This document shows, piece after piece, positions 11,152 to 18,363 of a stretch of DNA of 64,000 nucleotides; the first letter of the stretch is position 1, and each line of letters opens with the position of its first letter. The notes under the pieces are model-generated. The model made no database searches. It was not told the DNA's origin and was given only the letters and a program-made list of their open reading frames with translations. The position numbers and the translations under genes are program-made. This DNA is from Chloroflexota bacterium (GTDB taxonomy: Bacteria; Chloroflexota; Dehalococcoidia; UBA2979): positions 89,977 to 153,976 of the forward strand of contig CANKAU010000001.1 of the NCBI GenBank assembly GCA_947479915.1, written 5' to 3'.

Positions 11152-12057
11152 CTACTTCCGCGCGAGCCCCTCGAGGTGGTGCGCGAAGCGACCAAGCACC
11201 TCCGCGGTCTCCAGCGGGATCACCGAGTTCGGCGAGTGGTCGATACCGTGGAACACGTGCAGGTGCCGGATGTCCGAGGGCAGCATCAGGTAGCCCTCTG
11301 CCGACAGCCCCGGCGACACGGTGTGGTCGTCATCACCGAACATCACCAGCGTCGGGACCTGCATCGCACGCAGCGTCGGCTCCAGGTCGGGCGCGCCGGG
11401 CACCTCGGCGCGGGCGCCGCGCTGCCGCTGCTTCGAGACGTGCTGCCAGTCCAGCCACAGCCGGTCGCGGATCTCCTGCGACAGCCCGACGTGTTCGCGC
11501 TCCCAGTACGGGCGGTCGATGTTGCCAGGGTAGGCATCGATTTGCGCGAGCCACTCGGCGCGTTCCGCCTCGGTGCGGGACTGGCGCGGACGCATGATCC
11601 CGCCGGACATGAACACGAGGCCTGAGACGCGATCCGGGTGCTCACGCGTGTAGTGACCGACCGTGGTCGCACCGAGCGAGTGCCCGACGAGGTAGAAGCG
11701 GTCAGCGAGCCCCAGTGCCTCGACCGCCGCGTGGATGTCGCGCGCAAAGCTCGGCGGGGCATAGTCCTCGTCGTTCGGGGTGCCGTCGGAGCCGCCCGCA
11801 CCGCGCATGGAGAGCGCGATGGTGCGATCGCCCGTTGCGGCGAGGTGCGACTGCATCGCGTCCCAGATCAGGGCGGATGAGCGGAAGCCGTGAATGAGCA
11901 GCCACGTGCGTGGCCCCGCTCCCTGCTCGAAGTACTCCAGCTTGACGGGGCCGGCCTGCACAAACGCCATGCTGCGCTCCTGACGTACGTTATCGAGCGA
12001 GCCGATTGTACCCCCGGCGACGCCTCCCGCTACCTGCGATAGAGTGGCGCGAGGCAA
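11152..12057 (-). CDS. alpha/beta hydrolase fold protein
   Basis: HGF...VGHSLG nucleophile elbow within an alpha/beta hydrolase pattern. The true start may be internal (MAFVQAGP...). Confidence 0.7.
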   Translation of the reverse strand: MPRATLSQVAGGVAGGTIGSLDNVRQERSMAFVQAGPVKLEYFEQGAGPRTWLLIHGFRSSALIWDAMQSHLAATGDRTIALSMRGAGGSDGTPNDEDYAPPSFARDIHAAVEALGLADRFYLVGHSLGATTVGHYTREHPDRVSGLVFMSGGIMRPRQSRTEAERAEWLAQIDAYPGNIDRPYWEREHVGLSQEIRDRLWLDWQHVSKQRQRGARAEVPGAPDLEPTLRAMQVPTLVMFGDDDHTVSPGLSAEGYLMLPSDIRHLHVFHGIDHSPNSVIPLETAEVLGRFAHHLEGLARK

Positions 12058-12077
12058 CGGTCAGACGGGGAGGGTGC

Positions 12078-13265
12078 ATGTCGCTGCAGGTGATCGAACC
12101 GCGGATCCGTGGGTTTATCTCGCTCACGGCGCACCCTGAGGGCTGCGCAGTCAATGTCCGCGAGCAGCGCGAGGTCGTCCGGCAGGCCGGCATCACGGGC
12201 CACATCGGCACCGCACTCGTGATCGGCTCGTCCACGGGCTACGGGCTCGCCAGCGCGCTCGTCTCGTGCTTCGGCTACGGGGCGGAGACGCTGGGCGTCT
12301 GCTTCGAGAAGGAGCCCGAGGAGTCCAAGCCCGGCACCGCCGGCTGGTACAACCTCGCCGAGGCGCACCGCCTCGCCCGCGAGGAGGGCCGCGTCTTCGA
12401 GACGATCAACGGCGACGCCTTCTCCACCGAGGTGAAGCAGCAGGTCGTCGATGCCCTGCGCCGCCTCGGCCCCGTCGACCTCGTCATCTACTCGCTCGCC
12501 GCGCCGCGCCGTCGGGACGCGACGGGGACGATCTGGAACAGCACCCTGAAGCCGATCGGCCGCCCGTACACCGGGAAGGCGTTCGACCTGCGCGGCGAAG
12601 CGGTGACGGAAGCCTCGATCGAGGCGGCGAACGACGAGGAAATCGCCAGCACCGTGAAGGTGATGGGCGGCGAGGACTGGTCCGACTGGCTCGAGCTGCT
12701 CCTCGCCGAGGGCCTGCTCGCGCCCGGTGCCCGCAGCGTCGCCTACTCCTACATCGGCCCCGAACTGACCGCAGCGATCTACCGCGACGGCACGATCGGT
12801 CACGCCAAGGAGCACCTTGAAGAGACGGGGCACACGCTGGACGCGCGGCTGAAGGCGGCCGTCGGCGGGGACGCGTGGGTCAGCGTGAACAAGGCCGTCG
12901 TGACGCAGGCCTCGGCCGCGATCCCTGCCGTGCCGCTGTACCTGAGCGTGCTGATGAAGCTCATGAAGGAGCGGGGCACGCACGAGGGCCCGATCGAGCA
13001 GATCGTGCGGATGTTCCGTGACCACACCGGCCCGGGCGCGATGCCCACGCTCGACGCGAAGGGGCGCATCCGCCTCGACGACCTCGAGATGCAACCCGAC
13101 ATCCAGGCGGAGATCGCGGGGATCTGGGAAGACCTGACGACCGAGAACTTCCGTGCGCAGTCCGACTACGCCGGCTACCAGTCCGACTTCCACCGGCTCT
13201 TCGGCTTCGACGTCCCCGGCGTGGACTACACCGCCGCGACCGAGGTCAACCGACCGCTGGTGTAG
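12078..13265 (+). CDS. fabV: trans-2-enoyl-CoA/ACP reductase (FabV/TER family)
   Basis: MSLQVIEPRIRGFISLTAHPEGCAVNV...VIGSSTGYGLASAL is the characteristic FabV N-terminus. GGAGGG RBS. Confidence 0.85.
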   Translation: MSLQVIEPRIRGFISLTAHPEGCAVNVREQREVVRQAGITGHIGTALVIGSSTGYGLASALVSCFGYGAETLGVCFEKEPEESKPGTAGWYNLAEAHRLAREEGRVFETINGDAFSTEVKQQVVDALRRLGPVDLVIYSLAAPRRRDATGTIWNSTLKPIGRPYTGKAFDLRGEAVTEASIEAANDEEIASTVKVMGGEDWSDWLELLLAEGLLAPGARSVAYSYIGPELTAAIYRDGTIGHAKEHLEETGHTLDARLKAAVGGDAWVSVNKAVVTQASAAIPAVPLYLSVLMKLMKERGTHEGPIEQIVRMFRDHTGPGAMPTLDAKGRIRLDDLEMQPDIQAEIAGIWEDLTTENFRAQSDYAGYQSDFHRLFGFDVPGVDYTAATEVNRPLV

Positions 13266-13278
13266 CCCCGCTCGCCGG

Positions 13279-14652
13279 CTACACCGTCGGCGTCTCGTCC
13301 TCGGCGGCAGTCTCGGTAGGCTCCGCGAGTGATGGCACAAGGTCGCCGAGCGTAACGACGCCCTCAGTGCCCAGAATGCGTGCCCGGATCGCCGCGAGGC
13401 TCTCGTCCGAGGCGCCTTCCAGCGCCGTCACTGCGGCCGCGAAGAGCGCGCGCGCCGGGAGCACCGCATAGCGGGTGGCCTCGGCGGCGACGCGGAGCGA
13501 GTCTTCGATCTCGCGCTGGCGCTCGGCGGGGCTCGACATGGACTGGCCGTTCACGATGAGCAGTCCACGCGGTGCGACTGCTCGCTGCGCGATCACCCCG
13601 TCCAACCGCTGCCGCAGCCGATAGTGCGCCGACATGCCGACTGCCTCGGTCGAGGCGGCCGCGACGAGGTGCACCTGCGTCTCGCCGTCGAGCAGCACGG
13701 CATGGCCCTCCGGTGTTAGTCCGCGCTCGAAGCCGATCGCCTCCGCGCACGTGAGCGCCGCCGCGAGCAGGGTGGCGTCACCCTGCGCCCAGACGACGTC
13801 GCGCACGGCCGCCCGCTCGGTCAGCGCCGCCTGAGCCTCGTCGAGGGCCGTCTCCGCCTGCTCGACGGCGCTGCGTGCCCGCTCAACCGCGTCCTGGCGC
13901 TCTTCGAGGCCCGGGACGGCGAGGTCGCTCGCCCAGTACGGCGCGCTCGCGGATGACGTGCCCAGCAGCGCCTCGACGGCGCGGCCGATGGCGGCGCCCT
14001 CGTCCGAGGCGAACCAGTCCTCACCGGCGTGGCGCGGGGGCGGCATGAAGACCACCCGGCCGTTCAGTACCGGGAACTCAACACCGATCGGCGCGCCGCC
14101 GGCGGAGCGGAGGAACACCTTCGCGTGGCGGGCGAAGCCCGGTGCACGGTCATCGAAGTACAGCCGGTACAGCAGGTCGCGCTGGTAGGTCTCGTAGACC
14201 GCGACGAACGGATGGTCGTGGTCCACGACCGCCGCCTGCACGCCCTCGCCGGCGGGCATCGTCGCCGCGTCCCATGCGAGGCCCGCCGGGGCCGGGATCG
14301 CCCAGTACGAGTCTAGGCCCGTGAACCCGGCGACGCCCGAGAAGTGCGTGGGCGGAAACGCGTAGACGACGAGCGTGGCGCCGCGCTCCAGCGCACGCTG
14401 CACCTCGTCGCGGCGACGCTGGAGGAGCGCTGCGAGGCCCGCCGCACCCTCGACGTTGGCGCCGTTGACGACCGAGCGGTCGGCGAAGGTCAGGAACTCG
14501 CCCTCGCCCCGCGCGGCCTGTCGGATCGTGGCCATCACGCCGCCGACGTCCCAGACGATGGTGTCGTAGTCGAACAGCGCAGGGGCGTTGAGGATGGTGT
14601 GGTTGTCGATCAGGATGCCGGGCAGGCGGTGGCTCAGGGACAGGACGCGCAC
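13279..14652 (-). CDS. hypothetical protein, two domains joined by coiled-coil linker
   Basis: Long ORF with codon-usage-consistent composition. No motif was recognised. A central Ala/Glu-rich coiled-coil segment (ERQDAVERARSAVEQAETALDEAQAALTERAA) is present. Confidence 0.6.
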   Translation of the reverse strand: MRVLSLSHRLPGILIDNHTILNAPALFDYDTIVWDVGGVMATIRQAARGEGEFLTFADRSVVNGANVEGAAGLAALLQRRRDEVQRALERGATLVVYAFPPTHFSGVAGFTGLDSYWAIPAPAGLAWDAATMPAGEGVQAAVVDHDHPFVAVYETYQRDLLYRLYFDDRAPGFARHAKVFLRSAGGAPIGVEFPVLNGRVVFMPPPRHAGEDWFASDEGAAIGRAVEALLGTSSASAPYWASDLAVPGLEERQDAVERARSAVEQAETALDEAQAALTERAAVRDVVWAQGDATLLAAALTCAEAIGFERGLTPEGHAVLLDGETQVHLVAAASTEAVGMSAHYRLRQRLDGVIAQRAVAPRGLLIVNGQSMSSPAERQREIEDSLRVAAEATRYAVLPARALFAAAVTALEGASDESLAAIRARILGTEGVVTLGDLVPSLAEPTETAAEDETPTV

Positions 14653-14797
14653 GCGGGCCTCCTCGTGGGCGATTCGTCGGCGATGGGACGCGGTGGGTCC
14701 GGGTTTGCGGGATTGTATCGCCGCGCCCCCGCTGGCGGGATGCGGCAGGCTCTTCGCACGCCACTACCCGGTGCCGGGGGCCGCTGCTACGCTGATT

Positions 14798-15067
14798 GTG
14801 GTCGTGCTAGGCGGGGAGTTAGCGGTGCCCTGAACCCGCAATCCGCTTTAGCGGGGTTGAATGCCCGTCCGAGATCGATGTCTGAAGGGACTGCAAACGC
14901 CAGGCGGTGTTGAGAGCCTGGTCCTGTGCGGCAACGCCCGGCCAACCCCGTCAGGGCCGGAAGGCAGCAGCGGTACGTCGAACGCGTTGGGTGCCACGGG
15001 ATCGCCGGGTTTGAGCAGGCCAGCGGGCGCAAGCCGGCAGCGTCGAACAATGGCGGGGCACGACCAC
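14798..15067 (+). ncRNA. ffs: signal recognition particle RNA, long (Bacillus-type, Alu domain-containing) form
   Basis: The 5' part GTGCTAGGCGGGGAGTTAGCGGTGCCCTGAACCCGCAATCCGCTTTAGCGGGG closely matches the B. subtilis scRNA Alu domain. The domain IV motif GTCAGGGCCGGAAGGCAGCAGC is at 14950-14972. The terminal helix pairs GGTCGTGC (14800-07) with GCACGACC (15058-65). Confidence 0.75.
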
Positions 15068-15165
15068 CTTCGCCACACACTCGGGCGATGGCCGGGACCA
15101 CCGGCCCGCCCGAGCAGATCACCCGTCATGCCGAGGATGTCCTCCGCCGGGAAGCTAGGGGAACC

Positions 15166-16236
15166 ATGAGCCCCAGGCGAACCAATCCTCGGCCCGCGCG
15201 GCGGCAGACCTCGCGCGCCCGGAGGCTCGGCCTGTCCTCCAAGCCCAAGGCGCCGATCGCGCGCCCGGAGGACATGCCGGACTACCTCCGCCGCCTCGGC
15301 GTGGTGCCGAGGAAGGCGCTGGGCCAGCACTGGCTCGTCGACCAGATCATTCTCGACGACATCGCGGTCGCCGCTGCGCTGACGCCGGACGACGTCGTGC
15401 TTGAGATCGGTGCAGGCCCCGGCGGGCTGACCGAGGAGCTCGCCAAGCGCGGCGCGACCGTGGTCGCCGTCGAGATCGACGAAGAACTCGCTGGCTCCAC
15501 CCGCGCCCGACTCTCGCAGTACGCGCGGCTGCACGTGCTGGCGGCGGACGTCCTCGACTTCGCGCCCGGCGAACTGCTGGCCGAGGCGGGCGTCGAGCCG
15601 CCCTACGTCGCCGTGGGCAATCTGCCGTACTACATCACCCAGCCGATCGTCCGACGCCTGCTGGAGTCCGACCCCGCCCCGACGCGCATCGTCGTCCTCG
15701 TTCAGCGCGAGGTGGCGCAGCGCATGGTCGGCGGCCCGGGACGCGAGTCGTTGCTGTCGCTGTCGGTGAAGGTGTACGGCGTCCCGCGCATGCTCTTCGA
15801 CGTGCCCGCGACGGCGTTCTGGCCGCCGCCGCGCGTGCAGTCCGCCGTAGTGGAGATCACGCGCCTCGATCGGCCTGCGGTCGACCTGACGCCCGAAGAT
15901 CTCGTTGTGTTCTTCCACCTGCTGCGCGCGGGCTTCGCCCAGCCGCGCAAGCAGATCCACAACGTCTTCGGTGAAGAGCTGGGGCTGGAGCCGATCCGGC
16001 TCCGCCGCGTGCTGGACGCGGCTGGAGTTGATCCGGCTGCCCGCGCACAGCACCTCGACCTCGCGGCGTGGGAGCGGCTGTACCACGCCTTCGTCACGCA
16101 CTACCCCGAGGCGATCGAGATGGACGAGGCCGCGATCGCCGCGGCCCTCGGCGGCGACGACGAAGACGAGGACGGCGACGGGCCCGAGGTGTGGGACGAC
16201 GACGACGCCCCGGAAGTGCACGATGACGACGAGTAG
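15166..16236 (+). CDS. rsmA: 16S rRNA (adenine1518-N6/adenine1519-N6)-dimethyltransferase RsmA/KsgA with acidic C-terminal tail
   Basis: KALGQHWL, SAM-binding EIGAGPGGLT and NLPYYIT motifs. The start is set at ATG with AGGGGA 6 nt upstream. A shorter start at MPDYLRR (15274) is possible. Confidence 0.85.
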   Translation: MSPRRTNPRPARRQTSRARRLGLSSKPKAPIARPEDMPDYLRRLGVVPRKALGQHWLVDQIILDDIAVAAALTPDDVVLEIGAGPGGLTEELAKRGATVVAVEIDEELAGSTRARLSQYARLHVLAADVLDFAPGELLAEAGVEPPYVAVGNLPYYITQPIVRRLLESDPAPTRIVVLVQREVAQRMVGGPGRESLLSLSVKVYGVPRMLFDVPATAFWPPPRVQSAVVEITRLDRPAVDLTPEDLVVFFHLLRAGFAQPRKQIHNVFGEELGLEPIRLRRVLDAAGVDPAARAQHLDLAAWERLYHAFVTHYPEAIEMDEAAIAAALGGDDEDEDGDGPEVWDDDDAPEVHDDDE

Positions 16237-17179
16237 CCCTGCCACGGGCGCCGGCGTGCGCCTGATCGCGCCCGCGAAGATCAACCTCGCGTTGGAGGTT
16301 CTGCACCGGCGCCCGGACGGGTACCACGAGGTCGACACCGTCATGACGACGCTCGACCTCGCCGACCGCGTGACGATCACCCAACGCGCAGCGGGCGCGG
16401 GCCTCGAGGTCGTGCTGACAGGCCCCTACGCCGCAGGCATCGACGCGGCGGACGATCTCGCTGGGCGTGCGGCACGGCTGCTGGCCGAGCGACACGACCG
16501 CGCGCCGGACGTGCGCATCGAGGTGGAGAAGCGCATCCCGTCGCCCGCGGGCCTCGGCGGGGGATCCTCCGACGCCGCCGCCGTGCTGCGCGGGCTGAAC
16601 GAGCTCTGGTCCCTCGGCCTCGACGCCGACGCTCTCGCGGCAATGGGCGCGCAGATTGGATCGGACGTCGCGTTCTTCGCGCACGGCGGCACAGCGCGCT
16701 GCACGGGTCGGGGTGACCGCGTGGAGCCACTGCGCGACATGCGCCCGCTCCGGATGCTGATCCTCGTGCCCCCGGTGCCTGCAGGCGAGGCGAAGACCGC
16801 GCGCCGCTACGCCGCGCTCACGCCGCACGACTTCGGACACGGGCACATCTCGCAGCGGCTCGCGCATCGCATCGCGCGCAACGCGCCGCCGCCGACGAAC
16901 GACCTGGTCAACACCTTTGAGCGTGTCATCGAGCGGACGCAGCCGGAGCTGGTGGCGCACTACGCGTCGTACAGCGCCGCGGGCGCGCCGAGGCTGCATC
17001 TCTGCGGCGCCGGGCCGGCCGTCTTCCTGCTGGTGACCGAGGGGGCCAAGATCGCCGAACTGCGGCGCGACTTCGGCATGACCGGCGCCACGGTGATCGA
17101 GGCGCACACGCTGCCTCGACCGGCCGCGCTCAAGATCGAGCGGATCGCTGCCCCCGTGGCCATCGAGGAGCAGGCGTGA
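16223..17179 (+). CDS. ispE: 4-diphosphocytidyl-2-C-methyl-D-erythritol kinase
   Basis: GHMP kinase motif PSPAGLGGGSSDAAA and an AKINL N-terminus. It has the classic ksgA-ispE adjacency and overlaps the ksgA stop by 14 nt. Confidence 0.88.
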   Translation: MTTSSPATGAGVRLIAPAKINLALEVLHRRPDGYHEVDTVMTTLDLADRVTITQRAAGAGLEVVLTGPYAAGIDAADDLAGRAARLLAERHDRAPDVRIEVEKRIPSPAGLGGGSSDAAAVLRGLNELWSLGLDADALAAMGAQIGSDVAFFAHGGTARCTGRGDRVEPLRDMRPLRMLILVPPVPAGEAKTARRYAALTPHDFGHGHISQRLAHRIARNAPPPTNDLVNTFERVIERTQPELVAHYASYSAAGAPRLHLCGAGPAVFLLVTEGAKIAELRRDFGMTGATVIEAHTLPRPAALKIERIAAPVAIEEQA

Positions 17180-17598
17180 ATGGCTTTGGACTGTTCGACC
17201 CTGCGATCGCACAGCCGTTGCTTGCGGGCTGGATCATCGGCGCGGTCGTCGGACTCATCGACACGGCGGTCGTGGTGATCGCGGTCGCGCGCGCGCCGCG
17301 CTGGCCGGAGCAGTTCAGCCAGTTCCATGTCAGCCTTCCGGCCCTCGCGATCGCGGCCGCGAACGGGATGGTGATCGGCTGGACACTGATCGGGCTCGTG
17401 ATCGGCGCGCTATCGATCATCGTGCCGATGCCGAAGTTCGCGATCGGCACGGCCGCGGTGGTGCTCGGCATCCTCGGCCTGTACGTGTACATCCGTGGGC
17501 TCTCCCATCGCGGCGAGGCGCAGGTCGTTGTGGGCACCGGGCTGGTCGCCGGCATCGGGTTTGCAGTGGTGCTGCCGCTGCTGGCGGCGTGGCGTTAG
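17176..17598 (+). CDS. small hydrophobic membrane protein, hypothetical
   Basis: 140 aa with about 4 predicted TM segments. ATGA overlap with the ispE stop suggests translational coupling. Confidence 0.5.
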   Translation: MNGFGLFDPAIAQPLLAGWIIGAVVGLIDTAVVVIAVARAPRWPEQFSQFHVSLPALAIAAANGMVIGWTLIGLVIGALSIIVPMPKFAIGTAAVVLGILGLYVYIRGLSHRGEAQVVVGTGLVAGIGFAVVLPLLAAWR

Positions 17599-18350
17599 TG
17601 GGCGGCAGCGTGCTGAACCCGGGGCTGTGCACCTCGATCGTGGACATGCACGTCCACACGAGTCCCACGTCCTCCGACAGCATGCTCGACCCGCACGACC
17701 TCGTCCGTGTCGCGGCTGAGAACGGCCTGACCGGCGTCAATATCAGCGACCACGACCAGATGCTGGAGCGCCACGCGATCGCCGCGTTCCGTGATCAGTA
17801 CCCGGACGCGTTCATCAACTTCGGCATGGAGGTCTCCACCGACCTCGGCCACATGATCGCGGTCGGGCTGCGCGAATATCTGCCCGGCATCCGACGCGCC
17901 GCGCAGCTGCGACTGGAGCTCGAGCGCGTGGGCGGCTTCCTGATCGTGGCGCACCCGTTCCGCCACCTGTTCGAGCCGGTGACCGCCATGCGTACCGGCA
18001 AGACCTTCGACATGACGCCGTCGGAGGCCGCCGAGACGATGCCCGTCTTCCAGGTGGTGCACGGCATCGAGGTCGCGAATGGCGCGAACACGTCGCGCGA
18101 GAACGAGTTCGCCGCCGAGGTGGCGCGGATGCGCGGGCTGGTCGCGACCGGCGGCAGCGACGCGCACTCGACCAGCGGTGTCGGCGCGTTCTCGACGGGC
18201 TTCGAGCGTGCGGTCGCCTCGGAGGCTGCGCTGCTCGAAGAACTGCACGCCGGCCGCTGCGAGGCGGTCCACCGCACGCGCGCGGGTCGCTGGGTGCGCT
18301 TCGGAGCCGGATCTACGGCCGCTGCCGCCCTCGACGCCGCGGAGGCGTAA
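17589..18350 (+). CDS. PHP domain metal-dependent phosphoesterase
   Basis: DMHVHT, ISDHD and GGSDAHS motifs of the PHP family. The start is uncertain; several GTG/ATG candidates lie between 17589 and 17646. Confidence 0.75.
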   Translation: MALVGGSVLNPGLCTSIVDMHVHTSPTSSDSMLDPHDLVRVAAENGLTGVNISDHDQMLERHAIAAFRDQYPDAFINFGMEVSTDLGHMIAVGLREYLPGIRRAAQLRLELERVGGFLIVAHPFRHLFEPVTAMRTGKTFDMTPSEAAETMPVFQVVHGIEVANGANTSRENEFAAEVARMRGLVATGGSDAHSTSGVGAFSTGFERAVASEAALLEELHAGRCEAVHRTRAGRWVRFGAGSTAAAALDAAEA

Positions 18351-18363
18351 CCTTCGCCCTACC

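Noticed and set aside
14880-14900. tmRNA-like string CGCUUUAGCGG in the ksgA upstream region
   Set aside because: The segment belongs to the Alu domain of the long SRP RNA (strong match to B. subtilis scRNA). No tRNA-like tmRNA ends are present.
14848-16380. 510-aa minus-strand ORF
   Set aside because: It overlaps the SRP RNA and ksgA/ispE on the opposite strand and shows no homology.
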